Positions 40,850-54,108 are shown, counted from the whole stretch's first letter. The stretch is 63,960 nt of DNA, filler included, from Octopus bimaculoides (GCF_001194135.2; 7 parts of 6 records of this genome joined end to end with filler, not necessarily neighbours in it); one strand, 5' to 3'. Numbers and translations: made by a program. Notes: a model not told the origin generated them from the letters alone.

Positions 40850-41121
40850 TTCTTCAGCTTAATGTAAAATTCTTTTTATTCTGACTTGAAATAAAAATAA
40901 ACATTAATACACTGACATTAAAATAAACCAACACTGATTAACAAGTGGTAGTGGGGAACAAACACACACACATACTATATACATATATAAATTATATTTG
41001 TATGTTTAACAAGCAAAAGGTTGACCATGGCCTTAAGGTCTTATTGGTGACAGTCATCATCAGACAAAACAATCTAACATATAAATATACACATTAGATT
41101 TGTTGTTTTATTTGATGATAG

Positions 41122-41207
41122 GTATTCTAGTTGTTGATACAATGAAACTGTCTACACATTCTATACAAGCTAAGCAGTGGAGTATTCTAGATATTTGTAA
41201 TGTTAAA
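41122..41207 (+). CDS. Internal exon of unidentified host gene (C-ILVVDTMKLSTHSIQAKQWSILDICNVK)
   Basis: ttttatttgatgatag/ .. AAA/gtaagt, 86 nt, phase 1 to 0, open frame. Confidence 0.78.
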
Positions 41208-41461
41208 GTAAGTCTCAAGAAGAATCAGCTCAATTCTATGTGAAACAAAGCTGAGTGAATCCTAAAGACCTTCACACATTTTCCATTTAACTAACTTTCA
41301 CTCATAAGTCATGGATCAACTCAGCGGCACGGAAGAATACATTTACCCAAGGTGTCACACAAGGCAATTTCTTGAATGCAATGCAAACTTCTTGATGATA
41401 TTCAGGCAAAAGACATAACAAAGACAGGCATTGTTACATGGTTGAGAATCTTCCTTTGCAG

Positions 41462-41533
41462 CCATGTGATTTTGGATTTGGTCTCACTTCACAGCTGACC
41501 AATGCCTTGGGAGAGAGTTTAGTTGATGGATAG
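41462..41533 (+). CDS. Probable terminal coding exon (PCDFGFGLTSQLTNALGESLVDG*)
   Basis: cttcctttgcag/ acceptor, phase 0, TAG at 41531-41533. Confidence 0.68.
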   Translation, partial: PCDFGFGLTSQLTNALGESLVDG

Positions 41534-41830
41534 GCTGTATGGTGGCCTGTTGTGTGTGTGTGTGTATATATATGTATTTACACACACACACATACATACA
41601 CTAACACACACACATATACATACATATTTATATGTGCATATACATATATACATATATATGTATATGTACATATACATATATATGAATGGACAAACAAAAG
41701 AAAGAGGCACTCAGCACATTTAAGAGTTACAATATTAAAAAAAGTTTGGTTTGGCTCCATGGAACTTGAAATTTTGTAGGCTTCTTACAGAAAATTAGAT
41801 CATTGGGCTCAGGCAGCCAAGCATGTGTGT

Positions 41831-41862
<32 letters not shown>

Positions 41863-42154
41863 TTCACACCACTACTTGACGATCAGTGCTGAGTTGTTTG
41901 TGATCCTCATAGCTTTGTGGTTCAGCAAAAGGAGATGATAGAATAAATGCCATATTTAAAGAAAGGAGGTATTGGGGTCAATGAATTTAACTAAACCCTT
42001 CAATGTGGTGCTTCAGCATGTGACTGCCCAGTGACTGAATAAAGTTAAAGGTAAAACATACACACACAGTTATAAGTATAAAACACACCAGAAATATGAA
42101 GGATTTGTAAAGGTTATTAATCACTCAAAGCTATCTTTAAACAAAAACAAACTT

Positions 42155-42534
42155 TAACAAGAGCACTCAGAGAGTGCAAACCTCCACCAAGGCAACACCA
42201 ACGTCCTCTCAACGATTAGCTGGAGATGATTGTTAAAATGAGAATATGTGAAATAAATTCGACTACTCTCTCAAATAAGAAAACTAAAAATGAACCCAAC
42301 TGCTCTTAAAAATTAAGTGAAAAAAAACGGAAAAATAATTTAGAATCCTTGTCCGGTACCACCATATTGATCCCCAAATCTACTCAGTTTGTGCCAGTTA
42401 CGAGGCAAAATATCTCTGAAAGTTTCATCCGAATCCATCCAGTGGTTCTTGAGATATCTTGTCCACAGACAAACAAAGAAACAAACAAATGTGACTGAAA
42501 AACAATACCGCCACCTTTGCTAAGATGGAGGTAA
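42155..42534 (+). mobile_element. Helentron-type non-autonomous element (HINE/DINE-1-like)
   Basis: 5' subterminal acctccaccaaggc, internal (caaa)n tract, 3' end with gctaagatggaggt (inverted partner of the 5' motif) and a short hairpin; T/A-rich flanks. Confidence 0.65.
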
Positions 42535-43499
42535 AAATGAACAACATAACTTCTTTTAATTACGCACTAGACTATTGAAGTTGCTGTGTACTTCCAAGAT
42601 GCCAGATGTGATGGGGTTAGTTCCAGCTGTTGTCTACTCATTTTCAGGTGAGTGGACAAGCATGGCATGAAATGAAGTGTCTGTGCTAAAAAAAACAGCA
42701 TGCTGCCCATTCTGTGGATCAAATTCAGAACCTTACAATTTTGAGCTCAACTCCCTAATTATTAAACCATGTGGCTCACTTCCATCACATACATTACTTG
42801 ATTTAAAATCTCCATCAGCATCATCATTTTAATGTTCACATTCTTCTATACTTACATGGGTCAGAGAGAGTTTATTGAGGCAAATTTTCTACAGCCAGAT
42901 GCCCTTCCTGTCACCAACCCTCACCTGTTTCTGAGCAAAGTAATATTTTCCCATGGCCAGACACGTTCTCACAGGATACTGGAAATGAATGACACCACTT
43001 TTCTGACAGTGACAATCATTTTACACATATCACATGATGTCAGGACAAGATGACACAAACACATGCACACAAACACATATGCACAAACATGCATACATAC
43101 ATAACTGGCACTCAGTCAGTAATGACATTAAAGGTTCTAGTTGATCTGATCAACAGAACAGGCTGCTCTGAGCGTTCTATAGACATGTGTAGCCTTAATG
43201 CAGTTCTCAGGCAGATTCAGCGGGACACAGTGTGACAAGGCAGCCCCTTTGAAATACAGATACTACTCATTTTTGCCCACTGAGTGGACTGAAGCAATGT
43301 GAAATAAAGTGCCTTGCTTAAGGACACAATACATCACCAGGAATTGAGCTCATGATCTTATGATTGTGAGCCAAATACCTTAACCACTAAGCCACAAACT
43401 TTTACACATACATACATACACAGTAAAAATATGCAAGGCTTTTCTCAAGTTCCAAATGTGAATTTGTCCGTGTTAACTACATCCCAAAGATGGAACCTT

Positions 43500-43541
43500 C
43501 TATCTTTGTTGGAAATTGGCTCCTTCCTCAGTGGAGGATTT
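43500..43541 (-). CDS. Candidate terminal exon (KSSTEEGANFQQR*)
   Basis: Strong acceptor ctcttctcttttttaatag/; phase 0 gives TAG at 43500-43502. Confidence 0.45.
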   Translation of the reverse strand, partial: KSSTEEGANFQQR

Positions 43542-43981
43542 CTATTAAAAAAGAGAAGAGACATACATACATACATACATGCATGCAATGGGCTTCTTCC
43601 AATTTCTAGTTTCCAAATCCACTTGCAGGGCAGAGCTTTAGTTGGCCTAAGTCTATAACAAAAGACACTTGCCCAAGATGCCATGCACTGTGACTGAACC
43701 CAGAACCATGTGGCTAGGAAGTAAACATCTTAGCACAAAACTTCTATACCAAATTACAATGAATAAAACTATGTAGCCGAGTTCTGCTGATAAAAGCAAT
43801 TGACATTAAGGAGTGGATTCCATAATTTCCTGCTGGTGCATGCAGATATTTGAGATATTATCATTGTGTTTACGAAAAGGTTTGTCAAGTTAACTGAGAG
43901 ACTAATGCACTTGACTTAGTATTACATAATTTTACTGTTTATTCTCATTCTAAATGGAAATTTCACCAGGGTTGACCTTAC

Positions 43982-44029
43982 CTTTCCCTTGTCTGTAGTA
44001 AACAAGTGTTTGTAATATATAGCAGAATG
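43982..44029 (-). CDS. Candidate exon (HSAIYYKHLFTTDKGK)
   Basis: gctgatttag/ .. AAG/gtaagg, 48 nt. Confidence 0.5.
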
Positions 44030-45157
44030 CTAAATCAGCAATATACTTTACTCCTTGTTAACAATAGTCTTTAAGCCTATTCAGAACAACATCATACTTA
44101 AGCTAATTTTAAATGTTTAATTATTCTGCAATCATAAAATGTTTTGGAAGAATTTTTATTGAATTATTTAGCTTTTATTTTTTTTACTTGTTTCAGTTAT
44201 TAGACTCTGGCCATGTTGGGGCACTGCCTAGAAGAATTTTTAGTCAAATGTATCGACCCCAGTACTTATTTTTTTAAAACCTAGTACTTATTCTATCAAT
44301 TTCTTTCCCAAACTGCTAATTTATGGAGACATAAATACAATACATAAATACACTAACACCAGTTGTCAAGTGGTGTTGGTGGTGGACAAACACAGACACA
44401 AAGATACACATGTAGGTATGTATATATNNNNNNNNNNNNNNNNNNNNNNNNNNNNNNNNNNNNNNNNNNNNNNNNNNNNNNNNNNNNNNNNNNNNNNNNN
44501 NNNNNNNNNNNNNNNNNNNNNNNNNNNNNNNNNNNNNNNNNNNNATATATATATATATATATATATATATAATGTAGGTGGCTTATTAGCAATTTAAAAC
44601 CTAAAGGCAAATTTATAAACGTCATTAAAGTGACAAAGGTAAAAAGTGGTACCGGTATTGCTAGAAATAAGAGTAAAAATGACTCCTTAGCCACAAAAAC
44701 CACTATCTTAGTGTGTGTGTGTGTGTATGTGTGTGTGTGAATGTATGTATGTATGTATGGACGGGGACAGCTGTGTTAAGAAGAGTTGATCTTTAACTGT
44801 GGAGGAACCTGTGGAAGAGGTAGACCCAGGAAGATATAGGACAAAGGGGACTGGAACAATGGGAAATAAAGTGTTTTGTTCAAGAACACAACACACTTCC
44901 TGGTCTGGGAATAGAACCCACAAACTAGTGATTGTGAGTGAAACAGCCTAACCACTAGGCCAGGTGCCCTCACAGTCTTGCAATACCAAAATGAAATATA
45001 TGCATATAGATTAAAATAATTTTATTTTTACAAAAATATTGTTTAGGTCAGTTCAACATATTTGGAACATATTTGGCCTCTACAAAAGCCATATTTACAG
45101 CTATTTGCCTTTCAAAATGTTTCTTGCTTTAGGCAATAGGTGTGGAAAAACACTAAC

Positions 45158-45259
45158 AATCATTTCAAGACAACCTCTAGCAGAAGCAGTGAATGCACTT
45201 CTATCTTCTTGGCTGTCATCAGCACTATGCATCGCAAGAGAGACAACTCTGGAATGACA
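45158..45259 (-). CDS. Candidate exon of a convergent gene (CHSRVVSLAMHSADDSQEDRSAFTASARGCLEMI)
   Basis: catttccag/ .. ATT/gttagt, 102 nt, phase 0 to 0. The plus strand also has an open frame here, so the strand is not certain. Confidence 0.5.
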
Positions 45260-46389
45260 CTGGAAATGTTTGTTTCTTTATAGTACATCAATACGAAAAC
45301 AGGAATTAGCCACATGATGCTGGCACTAGTAAAATGTAAGTAAAGTTCCTTCCCGAGTCATATAAACTCATAGGGCCAGTTTCCCAATTTTCATGGCTTA
45401 TATATTCCCCATCTGAACAGGGTGATGGTCTGTTACAAGGTTTCTCATTTTTGCCAGCTGAGCAAACTTAAGCAATGTGAAATGAAGTGTTTAGCTCAAG
45501 AACACAACACATCACCCAGTCCAGGAATTGAAACCCCAATATTACGATCATGAATCCAGCACACTAACCACTAAGCCATGCACCTCCACATGCTGGCTGG
45601 CACTGGATAAACCAAATACTGTAGTAGGTGCATTTAAATAGTGTTGCAAGTAAGCAAATATTTTTATCCGTTCAAATATGTTCTAAACACATTTAAACTG
45701 ATTTAAATGCTTGTTTAACAAAAATACTTTTGCTATTTTAAATCATAATCAGTTTATCCTCAAATTATTTTCCCAATAAATATCTAAAGGGGAGCAATTT
45801 TTTTAGTCGCACCTTAGAAGTTAACTTTGATAAATATAAACATAATAGTGTTCTTTTGAGGTGATAATGCATATGATACGACATAAGGTGATTTTTTTTT
45901 TTAATTAACAGGAAGTAAAGAAACTGTACTATGGTATTTGCCTTGATAAAAGATTAAAATATTGAGGAGATATTTTTGATAACATTTCATATAGATTTGC
46001 AGTTATACAAAGAATTAAATTTCTGTAGGAAACTGCAGCTGTAGTTTTGTAATAACATTTAAGTCACAAGACTAGAATTTATATGTCAGCTCTTTGATAA
46101 TTAATTACAAGATTTCAGAAACATGTGACTCTGTTCTTGCATCCATATAGAAATAACAGACACTTACATCAATATGCAGTTACATACTCATATTAAAGAA
46201 AAGAAAAGAAAAAAAAACGAATAAATACAATTATAGTAATGTGACAGCTAAACAGCTTATATGAAACTATATCAACAAAACTGAAAGGAATTACCAAAGG
46301 ACTAACAACAATAATGAGAAAACATCAGAAATAGATATGAAGCTCTAATGAAGTCTGACTAAAGTATACGAGATCTAAGTGTGTGTGTG

Positions 46390-46444
<55 letters not shown>

Positions 46445-48289
46445 NNNNNNNNNNNNNNNNNNNNNNNNNNNNNNNNNNNNNNNNNNNNTTAATTAATTAA
46501 NNNNNNNNNNNNNNNNNNNNNNNNNNNNNNNNNNNNNNNNNNNNATATATATATATATATATATATATATACAAACGTATATATGTATTATATAGAGAAT
46601 AAGCGAAATAGGAATGGGAGAGGAATACTAACAAATAAATGGAGAGAGAAAAAGTGTACGTTCGGGTGTCAAAAATGTAATATTATTATCATACCTGCAA
46701 TTATTAAACAGAATCCCTCTAAGCGGTATTTAAAAACCTACAACTTAAAACATGTTTGAGAAAATTTAGCTTCTACTTTCACCTGGTTGAAAACCGAAAA
46801 CAGGCACCCTCTTTCGCTCTCTGATGTAGTTTCAATACCGTTTTACGCATCTAGTACTCTCTAGAAAGTCATGAATATCATGAAATCACAATTTGTCCAG
46901 CCTCTAAGCAGCTTAGGGAGTCAAAGAGCAAAAGATAAATACAAGATGAATCGACTCATCACACTTGTCATTCATGATTAAAATCATTTTAATTATCTTA
47001 TATTGCTTATTGCCTTTGAAATAAGTATGAATGTCACAACATCATGTATGTCACTTCATTGTTCTTAAATCCTTTCAACTACACTACAAGGTTTGACATT
47101 TTACAAGAGAGAAGCTAGTCAATGACATCGATCCCAGTATATAACTGGTACTTATTTTATGGATGTCGAAAGGATGAAAGGTAAAGAAAACATCGACGGA
47201 ATTTGAACTCAGATCATAAAGAAGGACAAAATGTCGCTAAGCATTTTGCCTGGGGTACTAACGATTATGCTAGCACACTGCCTTCGGCTTCAAATTTTGG
47301 CACAAGGCCAGCAAATATGGCGAAGCGCTAAGTCTATTACATTGACCCCTCAGTGTTCAACTGGTAAATATTTTATTAATCCCGAAAGGATGAGGGGTAA
47401 ATAAGACTTCGGCGGAATTTGAACTCAGTTCGTAAAGCCGGAAGAAGCGCTACTAAGCATTTTGCCCGGCTCGCAAACAATTCTGTCACTTTGCGCCTTA
47501 AATATAAAGTTTGTGTCTAATAGACAATAAACCTTTATTCTCATTAATCTCTGTAAAACTGTGACCACCAGCAAAAGTAACAAACAGTATCTTTTGACAG
47601 TTAAACGAATGACAGAAACGACAATTTCGTTAGGAATAATATCCGTCGAATGTAAATAATGTAAATAATTCCTCATCTCTTAAATATCGAACTGAATTCT
47701 GCCAATAATGACATAAATTGATGTTTGTCTTGTTACTTTTATTGATAAACAGCAACTAATAATTGAAATAATTAACAACAGTAAAAACAATAACAACAGC
47801 AACAATAACAAAAAATTAGCATACAGCATGTTAATTCTATGATCGTTCTGTTTCACGTTGCTATGGTAGTTAGGTTTGACAATAAGAGAGTCACGTGACA
47901 TTTAATTAGTCCATCTTACGCAGAAAGTTGGCTTCTGACAATAATCCAAAAATCCATCACTGGGATCATCAAACATGGCTTTCCATAAGTCATCAAAATA
48001 TATGTCTTTATGTGTAAGTGTATATGTGTGCACATGTGTGTGCGCATGTTGCATATGCGTAAATACGTGTGTGTGTGTGTGGATGTGTGTGTATAAATTT
48101 GTCAGTGTGTAAATATACGTATCGATGAAAAATGTCTGTGAGTTCGTTTGCATATGTAAGCGCATACGTAATCAATAGCACATAGGAATATCGTTGTGCT
48201 TAACGGTGTATTGAGTCTAATTCATGCTGATACGCAGGCTTTAATCCAGAATACACACTCATGTGCGCTATTAGTTTATTCAGCGTAAA

Positions 48290-49080
48290 TGGATGGATGC
48301 GTGGCGTTCAATTAAATAATAATAATGAAAAATAATATATATACGTTTGTATGTATATATGTGTACAGGACGTCACCAACTGTGTAAATACGTAGAAAAA
48401 CGAGTCAAATAAGCAAACAACGAGAGAGAAAAATAGAAAACAGGACAGGTAAACACAGAGAAACGATCTTTCATCAGTTGTCGGCTGTCTATCTACTCCT
48501 CATTTCGAGCATTCAGCAATATGAGTCTTCAAAGACATTTGCTCCCATCAATTCTAAAATAAAATATAGGATTCATGGAGGGTCAAAGTTGGGAACAAAA
48601 ACAGGAGAGTGGAGTCATACAAGGAAGCCGACGAAAACATGGAAGGTCGTTAGACCAGAGCGAAAGGAAAATAGTGAATGCTGGGAGAAATATTTTCTTT
48701 GAAAAGAGAAAAGATAGAAGAGAGAGCAAAAACCTCCAGTCTTTTGAACATCCGTGCAGGAAAAGGAAGATGGTCATGGGCAAAAAGGAAAGGTGGACGA
48801 TGGTCACGTGTGAGCAACGAGAGAAAGAGAAACAGAGAAAGAGGGAGAGATAAAAGACGGATAGAAAACGGTGAAAGATGGAGGAGAGTAAAATGGAATT
48901 AGAGAAGGATGGAGGAAGAAAACAGTACAGAGTAGAGTCACATAAAATAGGTGGAGATAAACTTACTTTGAAATGGGTGTGTGGCGTTCAATTAAATAAT
49001 AATAATAATAAATAATATAGATATATGTACCCCTCTTTCTCTCTCTCTCTCTCTCTCTCTTTTTTTCTCTCTCTCTCTCT

Positions 49081-49156
<76 letters not shown>

Positions 49157-49208
49157 GCTCACACGTGACCATCATTCTTTTCCTGAACGGATGTTCAAAG
49201 GACTGGAC

Positions 49209-49259
<51 letters not shown>

Positions 49260-49320
49260 ATATTTTCTCTTTTCAAAGAAAATATTTCTCCCGCCTACCA
49301 AATTCACTTACAGAGCAATG
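48290..49320. repeat. Purine/pyrimidine-skewed repeat with internal inverted and direct duplications (PLE pLTR-like)
   Basis: 48675-48830 recurs inverted at about 49140-49305; gtggcgttcaattaaataataataat recurs directly at 48301 and 48980. Confidence 0.6.
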
Positions 49321-50363
49321 GTCGATCCGAGAATATAGTAAAAGAAGCTTGCCCTAGGTGGAGCACAATTGGGCCGACTCCCAAAACTCGTAGCTGTTAA
49401 GCGAGCTTCTTAATGATTTTGGAAAGTCACAACCCCACATATTTCGGTCTAGGTACACCATTTTTTGGTTGTACTTATTCTTATAAACTTCAGTATTAGA
49501 ATAATAGGCACGTGGTCTAATGATTCCGATTATTATGGTAAGTTCGTGAATTCAATTCCTGGACTGGGCAATGCTAAGTACTGCATTTCACTTTGCTCCG
49601 TGGTAACGAATATCATCAGAGTGCTACCTAGTGCAAACCTTCACCGCGGCCACATCCTCAGTGTTCTGCTGGGATCATGGGTTAAGATCTCAAAAGTGTG
49701 TGTATGTCCGCTTGCGACCACACAAACACATAAAGCCCTTAAATAGTAGGGTCCACGTCACGAAGCCAAATATGTTCGCGACTAACGGCTGCCCGTACTT
49801 GGCAGAATTTGAACTCAGACCAAACAGGAACGCAAATATATATAAATATTGTAAAATATTGCCACCGATGATCTACCGATTCTACTGCGATAGTTAATAT
49901 AGATAATGGTTTCTGATTTAAGAAGAGCGCCAACAGTTTTTATAGGAGAGTACTAGAATCCACCTCAATATCAGTTTCAAATTTTGGTTCCAGGCCAGTA
50001 ATTTCAGGGAAAAAAGCAAGTCGATTACATCGACCCCAGTGATCAACTGGTCCTTATTTTATCGACGTAAAGATGGACGAAATGCCACTCTGCATTGTGC
50101 CCGGCGTGCTAACGATTCTGCCAGCTCGCCACCTTAAGTCCACCTCACCGCTTTAAGCCCACCTCACTAATGCTCGACTGGTACTTTGTTTTACCGTCCT
50201 CGGAAAGTTAAAAGAAACGGTTATCTTCGGTGGGATTTGAACTTAAAGAGTAAAGAACCGGAACAAATCCCGAAAATTACTTTACCGGCGTTCTAAAGAC
50301 TGTGAGGTGGCTGCCTTAATTGATATAAATGCAAATTTAAATTTGAACCGTAATATATATTAA

Positions 50364-52150
50364 CCCTTGGTCTACCAGAGAAAATGTATGTCATTAATTA
50401 CCAACTGGGTCTAATGGCCCCAATATTTTTCTATTAATTAGATTTTATTCAAACTACCACTATTTCTTAACTACATAATATATGCTATCAGGCGAATGAA
50501 GAATTACTGTTTCTCACAAATTTTGATAAAAAGAATACAGAATATATTATGAATTTTAAAAATTGCAAAAATACAGAATTACAGCTCTTCATGGCAGTGA
50601 ATGCCGACAACATTGGAATGTTCTTGACAAACATGGATATTACAATTCTTACATGTAGTACGATTTTTCTTGTCTTTTTGGGGGCCACACAAAGAACATC
50701 TTCCTTTTTTCTTTGATTGAGGACTCTCAAATGAGGTTGAAGATCGTCTCCTTTTCTTCTTTGGTTGAGAAATGTTAGCGGAACTAGAAGATTGTTTGTC
50801 ATGTTCTTGTTTAGCATTAACTCCAGCAAGTTCCTTTCCGAACTGAATCGGGCACTGTCTTCCTATGTCCTTGAAACTCTGCAAGTGAAGCTGTTTAGCA
50901 ACAATGAAAGCAATCACTGCACTTATATAACAATCATGTTATAGAATATAACCATAGGCCATCTTCGAGTCATTCTTTTGCAAGTGTATGTCCTTACCTG
51001 CTCATCTTGGCTATCTACTCCTCTTTGTGTTTTGTTGTAACATGTAATAACTTCAGATTTCTTTTCAGCCCTTTTTGAATTAATTAAAGGCTGAGAGTGC
51101 ATTGTACTCATAAGTGTGACTACATAATTTTTCTTGGGACAATACGATAGGATCATAGAATCCTTTTGAAATCCAAATATTCTGCTGTTAATTTCTCTTT
51201 CTTTTCCATTTGTGAAAGCACTTGGAAGTTCAACTCTCTTCTTTCTAATTGTTCCAACTAAAGTAGTTTTCTTGCTCAGCAGCTTTCGAACCAATCCTAG
51301 AATTGTAAACAAATTATCACAAGTTATATTGCGACCAGTATGTTCAAGTTATTTTACTAGGTCTTCAGCAACTCTTGAACCTTTATTTGTCTCTCTCCTT
51401 TTACTGGTTCTTTTCCAGTATAGATTTGCATTTTCCAGGCATAAGGTGTTTCACTGTCGCATATCGCCCAAATTTTAATTCCATATTTCCCTGGTTTGGA
51501 AGGAATACATACCCAGAATGGGCAGTGCCCTCTGAATGAAACTAATTGTTCATCAACTTTCATGCATGAACTTGGAACATATCCATCTTGCAAATTCTGA
51601 TTCCACACTTCAAATACTCATCTTATGGGCTCCAATTTATCACCACTTCTCTTTTTCTTCTTGCACCAGCATCATCAAAACGTAATACTTGCAAAATCTG
51701 TTGAAATCTTCCACGGATCATAATTTCGTTGAATATTGGGCGGCCATCTTCTTGTCTCCACAACTGTGTGACATTTTCATGTTTAGATTTATAAACACTT
51801 GTAAGAATAATCAATCCAATAATTTTTTTCAGTTCAGAGGGGTCAATTTCCTTTTATCTATCTGTGTAAACAACCTGACCTTAACATTTGTCCATTTACA
51901 AATTGCTTCAAGAAGATTCTGGCGCATAAAGATAGTAAAACTTCGATGGGATTTCAATCGGGGGGGGGGGGGTGAACTGGCCTTCCATTACAGTCGACTT
52001 ATTTTCATCTATTTTCTTCTGTAAATAGCTTTAGTATAGCTTAGAAGTATGTTTAGAATCATTATCTTGCATCAGCATGAAATAGTCATTTCTGATGTAG
52101 TTTCAGTTACAAGAGCAGTTCCCCTTTATAATGACACCAGGTAGCCTATA
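50364..52150 (-). mobile_element. Decayed piggyBac transposon (PGBD4-like transposase)
   Basis: TTAA-CCC end at 50360-50366. Minus-strand peptides VDEQLVSFRG..SKPGKYGIKIW, CDNLFT, YNKTQRGVDSQDEQ..RRWP and a C-terminal Cys-rich domain RCSLCGPQKDKKNRTTCKNCNIHVCQEH. Several frameshifts; other TIR degenerate. Confidence 0.92.
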
Positions 52151-53119
52151 AATGTGGATGAACTTTGCATAGCATGCTACCAAGTTTTTACCCGAAACTT
52201 ATTTAACTTTGTGTGTGCGCGCGCGTGTGTGTGTGTGTGTGTGTTTGTGTGTGTGCGTGTGTATGAATAATATATATTATAGTATATTATATTTACTAAT
52301 ACCATTACGAACGAAGTAAAGTGCACTCGGTACATTAAGTAGAATAAATATTTAATATCATAGCCAAAGTTAGCTACTTTTCCATTACAGAAAAAAAGGA
52401 AAAGGCAGAAACTTCCAGGTCATAAAGAACCACCAATCGTCAGATGTTACACGAACAATAAACAAAACTATGGCTAGAATATAATCAGCTTTAACTATAA
52501 TACAATGTATACACTTTTTGTGTGTAANNNNNNNNNNNNNNNNNNNNNNNNNNNNNNNNNNNNNNNNNNNNTTAATTAATTAANNNNNNNNNNNNNNNNN
52601 NNNNNNNNNNNNNNNNNNNNNNNNNNNGCGCTTTTTTCTTTATTGTAATCTCGTTTTTAGAATCAGTTAAATTTAAGAAAGACATCGATTCTTCGCCAAT
52701 GATCAGTGGCTCTTCGTTTCCGGTTCATGTGTAAAAGGAATGGTTGATGACGGTGTAGAGGGAAGTAATTATTAAAGAAGTCATGGCCCTTCCATCGAGA
52801 AGGACTCCCTAACCCTGACCTTTAAACGTCCCTGTCCCTACAGAATGTAAAGGACGGATTAAGAAAGAAAAAAAAAAAGGTGGAGCTCAATAAACATGAA
52901 ATTGTCAAGGGGGATAACTTTGAACATTTTCCCAAAAGAGTTAGTTCCCTCTAACTGAAATATTCCAATGTTGATTTTTTTTTCCTTTCTTTTTGTGTTG
53001 TAACTATGGTAACAAAAGGATTATCATCGCACTGAGAAACCGCCGAACGGAAAATAATTGAAGTCACGGCTAACACACCTATAAGATGTTTTTTTTTTTA
53101 ATCCTCATAGAGAGTTCTT

Positions 53120-53930
53120 AAACCAATACTTTATCCAGGAATTCTCTTACTTTTCTCCTTAAATCTCCGAAAACTCTAAATGTCCGCTTCTCATCTAACA
53201 ATTTCCCATCAACTCGAGATGTTCGAAAACTTGATATCAACCCAAAAACTGGGCTGTTATGGGAGACAATGGAGGGTGAAATGGTTGAGCGAATGTCAAA
53301 GAAGGTCTCTGAAGTACAAAATGGTTGAACTAGGGTTATATAGAACAGTTCTTCAAATGCCAAATACTGCATTTGGCAAACAACACTTACATGTATTAAG
53401 GAACAAAGATTTGACAAACATGAGCTGGGCCTGTTTGGCGGCATGTGGCATGGTACGAAGGCCTCAGTGTTGCCTCAGCTACTGATAGTGTGTACCAGTA
53501 AAATTTTCTCCTGACAAATTATGTTATTTATAATAAAATCGGTTATGAGTGTTCCCTCGGTTGAGATATTTGCAGCTTTAGGGTAAATTACTCAGTGGCA
53601 CTGTCAGCATAAAATATTGACAGTTAAGTCATCAGTAACATATTCCGTTTGCACCATCCACTCCAGGATTCTTCTCAAATCACCCACACTATCTTCGACT
53701 CCCACCTAAATCACTTTTGTCAGCATTTCTGAATGATTTCCTGCAGGTTCGGTTTATTGATGGAGCAGCGATAGAACAGCTGAGGGAACAGTAAAGATAG
53801 CAAGAGTGGTGGTGGTGGTGAAGAGGGGGTATCTGCGACCATGTCATAGCTATAATGGACTATACCAGACAATACTGGACGATACAGCAATCAATGATTT
53901 GGACAATCTGGAGGAAATAAAATAGTAGAT
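53120..53930 (-). mobile_element. Old LINE-like remnant (possibly endonuclease region)
   Basis: Coding-like composition with broken frames; no complete diagnostic motif. Confidence 0.3.
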
Positions 53931-53970
53931 TGCCCCTCCTCACTAGAATCATTGATGGGATGGTTGATAA

Positions 53971-54108
53971 CAGTCATAAGAAAACTGTGGCCCACGGGAC
54001 TAGCTTGCCATCAAAGAATTACCTAAGACGTTTTAGTAGTACAGCCTCTCTGATGAGAATCCAAGTCTCATGTGGCCCACTTTTTGGGAAAAGGGTTGCC
54101 AATGCCTG
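53971..54108. mobile_element. hAT-type MITE
   Basis: Ends cagtcat / atgcctg; 8-bp TSD gttgataa / gtttataa. Confidence 0.7.

Noticed and set aside
48440-48520. Possible type-II hammerhead (GAAA..CUGAUGA on the minus strand)
   Set aside because: Stems I and II do not pair; no valid fold in this copy.
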